64,000 nt of DNA, taken from NCBI GenBank assembly GCA_030603885.1, contig JAUVWW010000001.1, positions 2,680 to 66,679 on the forward strand, read 5' to 3'. Source of the stretch: a bacterium (GTDB lineage Bacteria; Patescibacteriota; JABMPQ01; JAUVWW01). How positions within the stretch are numbered: the first letter of the stretch is position 1; each line of letters opens with the position of its first letter. The notes under the pieces were generated by a model. The model worked only from the letters and a program-made list of their open reading frames with translations, did not search any database and was not told the DNA's origin. The translations under genes and the position numbers were made by a program. Below, piece by piece: positions 49,641 through 59,879 of this stretch.

Positions 49641-50932
49641 TGGTCGAATATTATCAGCCAACCTATGAGACCCCAGAGGAGCTTTTTGCTTTCTGGCTTT
49701 ATATTTTACGTTATACCTGGTGGGTATTTATATTAGTTGTTATATTTATTATTTGGTATGTCTGGTTTCGAAGGAAAAGACTGCAATATTTAGATTCCAT
49801 AGACTATATACTTTTAGCTATTGATGTCCCTGAAGAAAATACAAAAAATCCAAAATGTTTTGAACAAATATTTGCTGGTCTTCATGGCATTAAAACTACT
49901 CCCAATTTTGTAGAAAAATATTTTCAAGGAAAGATGCAGGAACCCTTTTCTTTAGAGATTGTAGGCATTGCTGGAAGAATAAGATTTTTAATCAGAACGC
50001 CTGATTATTATAGAGATCTTGTTGAGGCCCAGGTCTATGCCCAATATCCAGAGGCAGAAATTACTGAAGTAGAAGACTATGTTCAATTTATACCTTCTGA
50101 TTATCCTAATGACAAATATGATCTTTATGGAACAGATTTTGTACTAACCAAAGAAGATGCCTATCCTATAAGAAGTTATGAAGCTTTTCAAGACGAATTG
50201 AATAAAGAGGGTTTTCTTGATCCTATGGCTGCCATAACAGAAGTGCTATCTAAGTTGACTGAAGGAGAGCAAATCTGGCTCCAGTTTATTATTAGACCAA
50301 CGGGAGATAAATGGAAGGCTAATGGGGAAAGACTGGTTAAAAAGCTAATCGGGGCAAGAGCTCCGGAACATGAAGGTATTTTTCAGAAAACGTTTGTTAG
50401 GGGAATTCAGACTGCCCAGTATGCTTTAGAAAAGGGATTTATGAGTGTTCCAGAAGCAGAAACTCACTATAAGCCAGAGCCTCCTCCTTCTCTGATGCAG
50501 TATTTATCCCCGGGAGAAAGGGAAGTGGTGGAAGCCATAGGGCGCAATATTTCAAAGATAGGATTTGATGTAAAATTTAGGTTTATTTATGTAGCTAAGA
50601 AAGATGTTTTTTCAAAAAAGCACGGAGTGAATCCAATCAAGGGAGCGATGAAACAATTTAGTACAATTAATTTAAACGGATTTAAAGAATGTCTTAGGGT
50701 AAGAACTAAGGCGGTGTATTGGTTTAAAAAGAGAAGGATAGCCCAGAGGCAGAGAAGGATAATTCAGGCTTATAAGTTAAGAAGAATGGAAGTAGGAGCT
50801 CATCCCTTTGTCTTTAATACAGAGGAGCTAGCCACTGTTTTCCATTTTCCTTATATTACAGTGGAAGCCCCAACTATTAAATGGACAGAGACGAAGAAAG
50901 GAGAGCCGCCAAGGGATTTACCTCTTAGATAA
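49640..50932 (+). CDS. Membrane-anchored conserved hypothetical protein, partner of the ATPase
   Basis: N-terminal TM, FSLEI, YAQYP.AEI, EELATVFHFP; ATG 49640 preferred because TTG 49592 reads through a repeat array. Confidence 0.7.
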   Translation: MVEYYQPTYETPEELFAFWLYILRYTWWVFILVVIFIIWYVWFRRKRLQYLDSIDYILLAIDVPEENTKNPKCFEQIFAGLHGIKTTPNFVEKYFQGKMQEPFSLEIVGIAGRIRFLIRTPDYYRDLVEAQVYAQYPEAEITEVEDYVQFIPSDYPNDKYDLYGTDFVLTKEDAYPIRSYEAFQDELNKEGFLDPMAAITEVLSKLTEGEQIWLQFIIRPTGDKWKANGERLVKKLIGARAPEHEGIFQKTFVRGIQTAQYALEKGFMSVPEAETHYKPEPPPSLMQYLSPGEREVVEAIGRNISKIGFDVKFRFIYVAKKDVFSKKHGVNPIKGAMKQFSTINLNGFKECLRVRTKAVYWFKKRRIAQRQRRIIQAYKLRRMEVGAHPFVFNTEELATVFHFPYITVEAPTIKWTETKKGEPPRDLPLR

Positions 50933-50963
50933 ATTAAAAGTCTAGAGTCCAAAATTAAAAGTT

Positions 50964-52529
50964 ATGCCTGATGGTAATCAACTAACAATATTCGCCGAAA
51001 CAAACTTCCGCAATGTCCGGACCAAATTTGGTATTAAGCCAGATGATCGTCGTCGGCATATGTATATTATTGGAAAGACAGGAATGGGAAAGACTACCAT
51101 GCTGGAAAATATGGCTATTACTGATATTCAGGCAGGTCGAGGAGTGGGTATTGTTGATCCTCATGGTGAATTTGCAGAAAAAATGCTAGATTTTGTTCCC
51201 CCAAGTAGAATTAATGATGTAGTTTATTTTAATCCAGCAGATGTTGACTATCCCATTGCCTTTAATGTTATGGAAAAAGTTGATCCTTTACATAAGCATT
51301 TAGTGGCCTCGGGCATGATTGGAGTATTTAAAAAAATCTGGGCTGATTCTTGGGGACCTCGTTTAGAATATGTACTTAGAAATGCTATTCTAGCCCTTCT
51401 TGATTACCCAGAATCAACTCTTTTGGGAATTATGAGAATTTTGGTGGACAAGGCTTTTAGAAAGAGGGTAATTAGACAAATTAAAGATCCAGTAGTAAAG
51501 AGTTTTTGGGTGGATGAGTTTTCTCGCTATCCAGATAGGTTTCAGGCAGAAGCCATTGCTCCTATACAAAATAAAGTAGGTCAGTTTTTATCTACTTCTT
51601 TAATAAGAAATGTGGTTGGTCAGACTAAGTCTACTATTGATATGTCAGATATTATCAATAATAGAAAGATATTAATTCTAAATTTGGCCAAAGGAAAAAT
51701 AGGAGAAGACTCATCTGCTCTTATGGGAGCTATGTTGATTACTAAAATACAGCTTGCAGCCATGGAGAGAGTAGCTATTCCAGAAGAAAAAAGAACAGAT
51801 TTTTATCTTTATGTGGATGAATTTCAAAATTTTGCTACTGAGGCTTTTGCTAATATTCTATCTGAGGCAAGAAAGTATCGATTAGATCTTATTCTAGCTC
51901 ATCAATACATTACTCAGATGGAAGAGACGGTTAGGGATGCTGTCTTTGGCAATGTAGGAACTTTAGTCTGTTTTAGGGTAGGAGCAGCTGATGCCGAATT
52001 TTTAGAAAATGAGTTTATGCCAACTTTTACTATGAATGATTTGGTGAATTTAACTAAATATAATGTCTATCTAAAGCTGATGATTGATGGAGTAGCTAGT
52101 CATGCCTTTTCTGCTATCACTTTACCTCCTTTATCGACTGCTGCTTTTAAAGGGCATAAAGATAAGATTATTAAAGTTTCTCGAGAAAGATATACTAAAT
52201 CCCGAGTTGAAATAGAAGAAAAGATTGCTCGATGGTCTGGAATGGAGGCTAGGCCAGAAGAAGAAGGTGAAACAGAGATGGAAGTTCCAAGCGTAAAGTA
52301 TAAAGAGAAACCATTTCCACCCACCAAAGCTCCTTTTCCCGAAAAGGGAACACATAAACCATTTAAGAAAGCTTTTAAGAGGGTTTTAGAAAAAAAGAAG
52401 GAAATACCAGAAAAAATAGAAGCACCTCCTAAACCCACTCAAGGCGAAGCACGGGGTATACCAGAGCCTCCTCCCATTAGAAAGTCTGAAAAACAGATAA
52501 AGCCAGGGGAAGTGGTGGAGTTTGAGTAG
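50964..52529 (+). CDS. VirD4/TraG/HerA-like P-loop ATPase
   Basis: Walker A GKTGMGKT, DPHGE, Walker B YVDEFQ, SEARKY, AHQ. Confidence 0.85.
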   Translation: MPDGNQLTIFAETNFRNVRTKFGIKPDDRRRHMYIIGKTGMGKTTMLENMAITDIQAGRGVGIVDPHGEFAEKMLDFVPPSRINDVVYFNPADVDYPIAFNVMEKVDPLHKHLVASGMIGVFKKIWADSWGPRLEYVLRNAILALLDYPESTLLGIMRILVDKAFRKRVIRQIKDPVVKSFWVDEFSRYPDRFQAEAIAPIQNKVGQFLSTSLIRNVVGQTKSTIDMSDIINNRKILILNLAKGKIGEDSSALMGAMLITKIQLAAMERVAIPEEKRTDFYLYVDEFQNFATEAFANILSEARKYRLDLILAHQYITQMEETVRDAVFGNVGTLVCFRVGAADAEFLENEFMPTFTMNDLVNLTKYNVYLKLMIDGVASHAFSAITLPPLSTAAFKGHKDKIIKVSRERYTKSRVEIEEKIARWSGMEARPEEEGETEMEVPSVKYKEKPFPPTKAPFPEKGTHKPFKKAFKRVLEKKKEIPEKIEAPPKPTQGEARGIPEPPPIRKSEKQIKPGEVVEFE

Positions 52530-52562
52530 TAATTAATAATTAACAATTAGACAACTTTTGTA

Positions 52563-52588
52563 GCCGAGGTTTTTATACCTCGGTTTTT
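52563..52588 (+). terminator. Intrinsic terminator
   Basis: GCCGAGGT / ACCTCGGT stem plus T run. Confidence 0.8.
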
Positions 52589-52596
52589 GATAAGGC

Positions 52597-52681
52597 TTGA
52601 CAGGATTTAAAGGTATGATAATCTAATATAATCTTTTGTTGGCAAATTAAACAATTAAAATCCCTATAAGGGGAAAGGAGG
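52597..52681 (+). promoter_or_regulatory. guaB promoter, leader motif and SD
   Basis: TTGACA-16-TAATCT (TG extension), TTTTGTTGGCAAATTAAACAATTAAA, AAGGAGG. Confidence 0.7.
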
Positions 52682-52685
52682 AAAA

Positions 52686-54155
52686 ATGGCTAAGATTATC
52701 GGAGAAGGCCTGACCTTTGATGATTTACTACTTGTACCTCAGTACTCAGAGGTCTTGCCAAGAGAGGTAGATGTTACCACCTGGCTTTCTCGTCATATCC
52801 GGCTAAATATTCCCATTCTCAGTGCTCCTATGGATACAGTAACAGAGGCAGAAATGGCTATTATTATTGCTTGCCTAGGAGGAATAGGCATTATCCATAA
52901 GAACCTGTCACCAGATAGGCAAGCTCAAGAAGTGAGCAAGGTAAAGCGCTGGATGAGCTGGATGATTGCAGATCCTTATACTTTAGGTCAGGATAATTCA
53001 CTTAAGGATGCCAAGGAGCTGATGGAAAAACATAACATTGCTGGTATACCCATTGTGGATGACCAAAGAAAGCTGATGGGAATTATTACTAAGAGGGATT
53101 TGCATTTTGAGACCAATCTTGATCTAAAGATTGGAGAAGTGATGACCAGAGAAGTTATCACTGCTCATCAGGGTATTACCCAGAAGGAAGCAGAAGATCG
53201 GCTACATGTGAACAGAATTGAGAAGTTACCAGTGATAGATGAAGATAAAGTTCTTCGTGGACTAATTACCATCAGGGATATTGAGAAAAGGCATCGTTAT
53301 CCCGAGGCTTGTAAGGATGAGAAAGATAGACTTAGAGTAGGAGCAACAGTTGGAGTAGCTAAGGATACCGAAGAAAGAGCACAAGCTTTAATAGAAGCGG
53401 GAGTCGATGTTTTGATTGTTGACACAGCTCATGGACATTCCAAAGGGGTCTTTGAGACAGTGAAAATGATCAGGAAGAAGTTTGGTAATGTAGAGCTTAT
53501 TGCTGGAAATGTGGCTACAGCAGAAGGGGCTAAATTTCTCATTGATGCTGGAGTAGATGCTATAAAGGTAGGTGTAGGTCCTGGTTCTATTTGTACTGCT
53601 CGGGTGATAGCTGGCGCTGGTGTTCCTCAGATAACCGCCATAATGGATGTAGCCAAAAAAGTAAGGATTCCAGTTATTGCAGATGGAGGAGTTCGATTTT
53701 CTGGGGATATTACCAAGGCTTTGGCAGCTGGAGCAGATACAGTCATGATTGGCAATCTTTTGGCTGGTTGTAAAGAGGGTCCTGGAGAAGAGATACTCTT
53801 AGGAGGAAGAAGATATAAAAGCTACAGAGGGATGGGTTCAATAGCCGCTATGGAAGCTGGAAGCAAAGATAGATACCACCAAGAACACCAAGAAGAAGCT
53901 AAAAAACTGGTTCCTGAAGGAGTAGAAGGAAGGGTACCCTTTAAAGGTCCAGGGGAGGATGTAGTTCATCAACTTGTTGGAGGTTTGAGATCTGGTATGG
54001 GATATTGTGGTGCTCGTAATATTCAGGAGCTTCAAGAGAAGGCAAAGTTTATCCGTATTACTCAGGCAGGTGGAATAGAGAGTCATCCTCACGATGTGAC
54101 TATTACCAAAGAATCCCCTAACTACGAAGTTTCAGGAAGGGGGTGGTCAAAATGA
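52686..54155 (+). CDS. guaB: IMP dehydrogenase
   Basis: LTFDD, PMDTVTE, CBS pair, DTAHGH, GPGSIC, YRGMGS. Confidence 0.96.
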   Translation: MAKIIGEGLTFDDLLLVPQYSEVLPREVDVTTWLSRHIRLNIPILSAPMDTVTEAEMAIIIACLGGIGIIHKNLSPDRQAQEVSKVKRWMSWMIADPYTLGQDNSLKDAKELMEKHNIAGIPIVDDQRKLMGIITKRDLHFETNLDLKIGEVMTREVITAHQGITQKEAEDRLHVNRIEKLPVIDEDKVLRGLITIRDIEKRHRYPEACKDEKDRLRVGATVGVAKDTEERAQALIEAGVDVLIVDTAHGHSKGVFETVKMIRKKFGNVELIAGNVATAEGAKFLIDAGVDAIKVGVGPGSICTARVIAGAGVPQITAIMDVAKKVRIPVIADGGVRFSGDITKALAAGADTVMIGNLLAGCKEGPGEEILLGGRRYKSYRGMGSIAAMEAGSKDRYHQEHQEEAKKLVPEGVEGRVPFKGPGEDVVHQLVGGLRSGMGYCGARNIQELQEKAKFIRITQAGGIESHPHDVTITKESPNYEVSGRGWSK

Positions 54156-55540
54156 TTAAATTGGTTGAGGGACTACAGTGGGGAGATGAAGGGAAAGGGA
54201 AGATTGTGGATTGGCTCGTTGGAAAGGAAGGCTATGATATTGTAGCTCGATGGCAAGGTGGAGCCAATGCTGGACATACCGTCTGGAAAAATGGTAAGAA
54301 GTTTGTCCTACACCTTATTCCTTCAGGAATCCTTCACAAAGATGTCAAATGTGTTTTGGGTAATGGTATGGTTGTTAACCCTGTTGCTCTATTTGATGAA
54401 ATAGAAGAACTAAAGAAGAAGGGGATCAAGGTAGAAGGCCGACTGTTCATCAGCGACCGATGCCATGTAACTTTTGACTTCCATCTTCGAGAAGAAAAGT
54501 ATTCTGAGGAAGTCAAAGGTAAAGACAAGATAGATTCGACTCTTAGGGGTATTGGACCTACCTATCATGACAAGTTTGGAAGGATAGGAATCAGAATGTG
54601 CGATTTTATTAATAAAAAAACTCTGGTTTCTAAGCTTGAGGCGAATCTTGAAAAGAAAAACTGGATGTTCCGTTTTGGATACGGGAAATTGAGAGGTCTG
54701 GAGGAAGAGATTAAAGCTTTACTTGCAAAGGATCTTCCACCTGAACAGGCAAAAGAGAAAGTACATGAGCTCTTTATGGGTTATGGAAAAGAGAGGTGTC
54801 TAGACAAAGAGAAGATTATTGCCAAGTATCTCGAACTTAGCGAAAAGATCAGACCTTTTGTCCATGATACTTCAGTCTTTCTCAATGATGCTATTAGGGA
54901 GGGTGAGAACATACTCTGTGAAGGAGCTCAAGGAACTCTCTTAGACGTTGATCATGGGACTTATCCATATGTGACTTCATCAAACCCTGTGGCTGGAGGA
55001 GCTTGTGTTGGCTTGGGAATAGGCCCTACCAAAATTGATCAAGTTATTGGGGTAGCCAAGGCTTATACAACTCGCGTGGGAGCTGGACCATTTCCTACTG
55101 AGCAGGATAACCAGATCGGTGAGAAAATGCGTGAGATAGGGGAAGAATACGGAGCTACTACTGGCCGGCCAAGAAGATGTGGATGGTTTGACGCTGTGGC
55201 TGTTCGGCATTCTGTGACGGTTAGTGGAGCTAATAGTTTAGTTATCACTAAGCTTGATGTTCTTGATGAATTTGAGACCCTCCGCATTTGTACTGGCTAT
55301 GTATACAAAGGCAAGTTTATTGATTTTCCAGCTCAAATAGAAATACTTGAGGAAGTCAAGCCTATCTACCTGGATTTGTCTGGCTGGGAGGAATCTACAC
55401 GAGGAATAAGGAGAATAGAAGATTTGCCTCCTCGAGCTTTGGACTATTTGGCTAAGATTTCTGTACTTACAGCTACTAAAATATCTTTTGTTTCTGTGGG
55501 TCCGAAAGAAAGTCAGATAGCCGTGAGATTCACGAGGTGA
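54152..55540 (+). CDS. purA: Adenylosuccinate synthetase
   Basis: QWGDEGKGK, NAGHT, EGAQG, GATTGRPRRCGW; ATGA overlap with the guaB stop. Confidence 0.96.
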   Translation: MIKLVEGLQWGDEGKGKIVDWLVGKEGYDIVARWQGGANAGHTVWKNGKKFVLHLIPSGILHKDVKCVLGNGMVVNPVALFDEIEELKKKGIKVEGRLFISDRCHVTFDFHLREEKYSEEVKGKDKIDSTLRGIGPTYHDKFGRIGIRMCDFINKKTLVSKLEANLEKKNWMFRFGYGKLRGLEEEIKALLAKDLPPEQAKEKVHELFMGYGKERCLDKEKIIAKYLELSEKIRPFVHDTSVFLNDAIREGENILCEGAQGTLLDVDHGTYPYVTSSNPVAGGACVGLGIGPTKIDQVIGVAKAYTTRVGAGPFPTEQDNQIGEKMREIGEEYGATTGRPRRCGWFDAVAVRHSVTVSGANSLVITKLDVLDEFETLRICTGYVYKGKFIDFPAQIEILEEVKPIYLDLSGWEESTRGIRRIEDLPPRALDYLAKISVLTATKISFVSVGPKESQIAVRFTR

Positions 55541-55547
55541 ATTTTAG

Positions 55548-55589
55548 GAAGAGTTTGTCCTTTAGTTTTAGGACAAACTCTTCTTTTTT
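55548..55589 (+). terminator. Intrinsic terminator
   Basis: GAAGAGTTTGTCCT / AGGACAAACTCTTC 14-bp stem plus T run. Confidence 0.9.
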
Positions 55590-55611
55590 ATTCATTTAAA
55601 ATATGTGGAAT

Positions 55612-55685
55612 TTGACAAAGTTTTAAAGTACTGATAAACTGACATATCTTTTTGTAGGTAACTTAAACAATTAAAGAAAAGGAGG
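55612..55685 (+). promoter_or_regulatory. purH promoter, leader motif and SD
   Basis: TTGACA-17-TAAACT (TG extension), TTTTGTAGGTAACTTAAACAATTAAA, AAGGAGG. Confidence 0.75.
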
Positions 55686-55690
55686 TTGTT

Positions 55691-57274
55691 ATGGCTAAAA
55701 AGAGAGCCCTGATTAGTGTTTGGAATAAGACCGGGATTGACAAATTTGCTCGAGATTTAGTCAAGCTTGGTTGGGAGATTGTTTCTTCAGGTGGTACGGC
55801 TAAAGTTCTTCGTCAAGCTGGTATTCCGGTTATTCCTATTAATCGAGTAACTGGCAATCCAGAAGCTTTTGATGGTCGGATGAAGACCATTAGTTTTGCT
55901 GTAGAATCTGCTTTGCTTTTTGATAGAAACAATTCTAAGCACGTAAGGCAGGCGAAGAAATTAGGAATTGTTCCTATTGATCTGGTGGTCTGTAATCTTT
56001 ACCCTTTTGAGGAGGTAATTGCTAAAAAAGGTTGTACACTCAAAGAGGCCATCGAGAACATCGACATTGGCGGACCAACCATGATCAGAGCAGCGGCAAA
56101 GAATTTTGCTGGTGGGGTAACAGTAGTCATCGACCCCAAAGACTATTCTATGGTCTTAGAGCATCTTAAAGAAGGAGAGGTTCCTTCAGAAGTTAGACGT
56201 GAACTGGCCATCAAAGTCTTTACCAGAATGGCTGGCTACGATGGAGCTATTGACGAGTATCTGGCTAAAGAGATTCGCAAAGAACCTGCTATGAGAATCC
56301 ATCTGACAAAAGGCAAGAAACTCCGCTACGGCGAAAATCCCCATCAGAAAGGTTGGTTTTACGAGGTACCAGCGTGGGCAAAGGGCGACTCTCTGGCTAT
56401 TCAGAAGTTTAAGCAGATCCAGGGAAAACAGCTTTCCTTTAATAACATTCTGGATATACATGGTGCTCTTTGTGCCATATCTCATTATGGTGGGAAATAC
56501 CCCGTATGTGTGGTGATTAAGCACAGTAATCCCTGTGGACTGGCTATTCGAGATAATACCCTCGATGCCTATATGGAAGCTTGGTATCTTGGTGATCCTC
56601 TGGCTGCTTTCGGAAGTATTATTGCTGTTAATCGTCCTGTCAATTACGATCTTGCTTGGCAGATGTTGGCCGATAGGAAGTTTTTTGAGGTTCTTCTTGC
56701 TCCGAGTGTTGAAGTCGATGCCTTAGAGCTATTCCAAACTAAGAAAAATCTGCGAGTCTTAATAAATCCCGCTCTAAAAACACCGTATTTACACAAAGGT
56801 TTAGATTTTAAAAAAGTAAGAGGAGGAATGCTGGTTCAAGAGATTGATACTCATGAGGTTAAGGCAAGAGACTTAAAAATAGTAACTAAGGTAAAACCCA
56901 CCAAAAAACAGATTGATGAGCTACTCTTTGCCTGGAAGATAACCAAGATCTCTAAGTCTAATGCAGTGGTGATTACTAAAGACCATACCCTGATTTCTTC
57001 TGGAGTGGGACAGCAAGACAGAAAAAGGTGTTGTGAATTATGTGTGGTAAAGGCTGGACCAAGAGCCAAAGGAGCCGTGGCAAGCTCAGATGCTTTTTTC
57101 CCTTTTCCTGATGGGACAGAAGTTCTCATAGACGCTGTGATTGGTGCTATTATTCAGCCTGGGGGTTCTATTCGTGATAAAAAGAGTATTGAGCTTTGTG
57201 ATAAAAGAGGTATTGCTATGGTTTTTACTTCAAAAGATCCGAAGAAGAACATGATTAGGTGTTTCAGACACTAA
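55691..57274 (+). CDS. purH: Bifunctional AICAR transformylase / IMP cyclohydrolase
   Basis: ALISV, IDIGGPTM.RAAAKN, LRYGENPHQ, KH.NPCG, SDAFFPF, QPGGS.RD. Confidence 0.96.
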   Translation: MAKKRALISVWNKTGIDKFARDLVKLGWEIVSSGGTAKVLRQAGIPVIPINRVTGNPEAFDGRMKTISFAVESALLFDRNNSKHVRQAKKLGIVPIDLVVCNLYPFEEVIAKKGCTLKEAIENIDIGGPTMIRAAAKNFAGGVTVVIDPKDYSMVLEHLKEGEVPSEVRRELAIKVFTRMAGYDGAIDEYLAKEIRKEPAMRIHLTKGKKLRYGENPHQKGWFYEVPAWAKGDSLAIQKFKQIQGKQLSFNNILDIHGALCAISHYGGKYPVCVVIKHSNPCGLAIRDNTLDAYMEAWYLGDPLAAFGSIIAVNRPVNYDLAWQMLADRKFFEVLLAPSVEVDALELFQTKKNLRVLINPALKTPYLHKGLDFKKVRGGMLVQEIDTHEVKARDLKIVTKVKPTKKQIDELLFAWKITKISKSNAVVITKDHTLISSGVGQQDRKRCCELCVVKAGPRAKGAVASSDAFFPFPDGTEVLIDAVIGAIIQPGGSIRDKKSIELCDKRGIAMVFTSKDPKKNMIRCFRH

Positions 57275-57281
57275 TCAGTAT

Positions 57282-57320
57282 ACCGCTTTCGTCGAGGAAA
57301 CTCGGCGAAGCGGTTTTTTT
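57282..57320 (+). terminator. Intrinsic terminator
   Basis: ACCGCTTTCGTCGAG-GAAA-CTCGGCGAAGCGGT plus T run. Confidence 0.9.
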
Positions 57321-57327
57321 ATTCTAG

Positions 57328-57420
57328 TTGACACAAAAAATTCCTTATGATAGCTTAATATAACAGTTTTTAGTAGGCACTTTATAAACCATGAAAAGTC
57401 CGCTTGGCGGACAGGAGGTG
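57328..57420 (+). promoter_or_regulatory. purB promoter, leader motif and SD
   Basis: TTGACA-17-TAGCTT (TG extension), GTAGGCACTTTATAAA, GTCCGC/GCGGAC hairpin, AGGAGGTG. Confidence 0.7.
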
Positions 57421-57424
57421 TAAG

Positions 57425-58717
57425 ATGATAGAGAGATATAGTCTACCAGCAATGAAAGCTATTTGGAATTTAGAAAATAAATTCCAAAAATGGCTAGATG
57501 TGGAGATAGCAGTATTAGAGGCCGAGTTTGAACTGGATAAGATAGATAAGTCAGTTGCGGAATTAACGAAACAGAATGCAGCCTTCTCGGTAGAACGTAT
57601 TAAAGAAATTGATAAAATGATCGAACATGATGTTATGGCTTTTATCAGAAACGTGGTTGAGAACTTGCCTGATGTAGTAAAACAGTATTTCCACGCTGGT
57701 CTTACTTCATATGATATAGTGGATACTGCTTTAAGCTTGATGATGCAATGTTCTGTTAAGTTGATTCGTACCAAGCTTGTAGAAATACTGGATGATATTG
57801 ATAAACTAGCTAAGGATAATAAAGATAAACCTCAAATAGGAAGGACTCACGGAGTGCATGCTGAGCCTACAAGCTGCGGACTTAAATTCTTAAATTGGTA
57901 TGATGAGATGGAAAGGAACAAAGGGAGGCTAGATCGTATTGAGACGCTCTTAGCAGGCAAGATTTCTGGAGCAGTAGGTAATTATGCTAACATTGACCCA
58001 CGTATTGAGCCCATTGCCTGCAAAAAACTAGGCATAAAGCCAGCCAGGATTTCAACCCAGATTATAAGTCGTGACATCCATGCTGAGTATATATCTCAGT
58101 TAGCTATAATTGCTGGATCCTTGGCAAAGTTTACTACTGAGATCAGAAATCTCCAGAGAACTGAGATTCGTGAGATGCAAGAACCGTTTAAGAAAAAACA
58201 GAAAGGATCTTCAGCTATGCCGCACAAGAAGAACCCAGTTATCTGCGAAAGGATCACTGGTATAGCCAGAATGATTCGGGGAATGGTAGTTCCTGCACTT
58301 GAGAATCAAGACACCTGGCATGAGCGAGATTTGGCTAATTCTGCTCCAGAGCGAGGTATATTGGCCGAAGCCCCTACTTATCTATATTATATATTAGATA
58401 GATTTCAGTATGTTCTTAGAGGTTTGAAAATCTATCCAGAGAGAATGATGGAGAATATCTGGCAGACAAAAGGAGTCATCTTTTCTCAGAAGGTTATGTT
58501 GGCTTTAGCTGATAAAGGTATGGCACGAGAACAGGCTCACAATTTGGTCCAGGAGTTAGCCTTGAGATCGTGGGGAGAAGATCTGGATTTTAAGGAGCTG
58601 TTATTAGAAGATGAACGTATAACAAATCTTCTTAATAAAAAGGAAATTGAGGCTTGTTTTGATCTCAAGCCATATCTTAAGAACGTAGATTTAATCTTTA
58701 AACGTTTTGGAATGTAA
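57425..58717 (+). CDS. purB: Adenylosuccinate lyase
   Basis: MIERYS start after SD, GRTHG.HAEP, GSSAMPHKKNP. Confidence 0.96.
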   Translation: MIERYSLPAMKAIWNLENKFQKWLDVEIAVLEAEFELDKIDKSVAELTKQNAAFSVERIKEIDKMIEHDVMAFIRNVVENLPDVVKQYFHAGLTSYDIVDTALSLMMQCSVKLIRTKLVEILDDIDKLAKDNKDKPQIGRTHGVHAEPTSCGLKFLNWYDEMERNKGRLDRIETLLAGKISGAVGNYANIDPRIEPIACKKLGIKPARISTQIISRDIHAEYISQLAIIAGSLAKFTTEIRNLQRTEIREMQEPFKKKQKGSSAMPHKKNPVICERITGIARMIRGMVVPALENQDTWHERDLANSAPERGILAEAPTYLYYILDRFQYVLRGLKIYPERMMENIWQTKGVIFSQKVMLALADKGMAREQAHNLVQELALRSWGEDLDFKELLLEDERITNLLNKKEIEACFDLKPYLKNVDLIFKRFGM

Positions 58718-58729
58718 AGGAGGTGTAAG

Positions 58730-59668
58730 ATGTTTGATGCAAAGGATTTTATTGAGAAGAAAGTAGAGGAGATACAGCGTAGGATAGGAAAGGAAGAAGC
58801 TGTTGTAGCTTTTTCTGGAGGAGTGGATTCGGCTGTTTGTACTGTGCTGGCTTTAAAGGCTTTAAAGAAAGGACAATTAAGAGTTTTTACCTTAGATGAT
58901 GGTCTGAGAAGAGAAGGAGAACCAGAATGGGTAGTTAGAGTTTTTGATGAAATTATCCCAGTGGAAATTATCTCTGTTCAAGACGATTGTTTTCGGGCTT
59001 TGAGAGGTAAAATCACTGGAGATGAAAAGAGGACTGTCTATTCTAACTGGTTTGGTCATATTTGTGGCAAAACAGCTTATGACTTTGGGGCCAAATATTC
59101 CTTTTTTGGAAGTAATGCTTTGGATAGTAAAGAAACTAAAAGAGGAACCCAGAAACAACACAATGCTTGGGCAGACATGGGAGTTGATACTGAAAAGCAA
59201 TTTGGTTTTCAAGTGGTTGAACCGGTAAAGGAACTATTTAAGGATGAGATTCGGGAAGTAGCCCGAGCTTTAGGCATACCTTCTGAGATATCTGAACGGA
59301 TGCCTTTTCCTGGGCCAGGATTGGCTATTCGGGTTAAAGGTGAAGTCACTCCGGAAAAAGTGGTTCTAATAAGAACAACCACTACCATTATTGAAAATGC
59401 TTTGTTGTCCTTTAGGCCATTTCAATGTTTGGGATGTCTTTTTCAGGACCAGGCTACTGGAATTCGGAATGATATTGGGGTCTTTGGCCACATTATTTCT
59501 ATAAGATGTGTGGATTCCAAAGATAGTGGCAAAACAGCTACCCCTACTAGAATCCCAAATGAACTTCAAGACAATATTGCTAAAAGAATACTTGCCGAGA
59601 TTCCTGAAGTTGTAAGGGTTGTTTTTGACCGGACACCCAAACCTCCAGGTCGAATCGAATACGAATGA
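58730..59668 (+). CDS. GMP synthase ATP-pyrophosphatase subunit (no glutaminase domain)
   Basis: SGGVDS PP-loop, LFKDEIR, PFPGPGLAIR, KPPG.IEYE; SD AAAGGAGGTG. Confidence 0.88.
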   Translation: MFDAKDFIEKKVEEIQRRIGKEEAVVAFSGGVDSAVCTVLALKALKKGQLRVFTLDDGLRREGEPEWVVRVFDEIIPVEIISVQDDCFRALRGKITGDEKRTVYSNWFGHICGKTAYDFGAKYSFFGSNALDSKETKRGTQKQHNAWADMGVDTEKQFGFQVVEPVKELFKDEIREVARALGIPSEISERMPFPGPGLAIRVKGEVTPEKVVLIRTTTTIIENALLSFRPFQCLGCLFQDQATGIRNDIGVFGHIISIRCVDSKDSGKTATPTRIPNELQDNIAKRILAEIPEVVRVVFDRTPKPPGRIEYE

Positions 59669-59681
59669 GTATGATTAAAGA

Positions 59682-59720
59682 GCCGCCCAAAGGATTTTCC
59701 CTCTTTGGGCGGTATTTTTT
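59682..59720 (+). terminator. Intrinsic terminator
   Basis: GCCGCCCAAAG / CTTTGGGCGGT stem plus T run. Confidence 0.85.
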
Positions 59721-59879
59721 CACAGAAATACTGAAAATCACTAAAGCGCTGAATCTAAGGATAAATTTTCAGTGCCTCAGTATCATTAAATTTGACTTAG
59801 ATATTTTTATTGTGCTATCTTTTAACATCTAGCATAAAGCTAAAGTAAGGCACATTTTAACTTAAAAGGGAGGTACAAG

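Noticed and set aside
50964-52529. Conjugative element or ICE
   Set aside because: No relaxase, VirB4/VirB6, integrase or att repeats; flanked by housekeeping genes
52620-57424. Purine or ZTP riboswitches in the pur/gua leaders
   Set aside because: Leaders are only about 45-65 nt, AT-rich, and lack recognisable aptamer cores
7188-59569. Many minus-strand and nested ORFs in the track (e.g. 18438-18974, 28277-28741, 57382-57774)
   Set aside because: They overlap confidently identified + strand genes and show no motifs; treated as shadow ORFs
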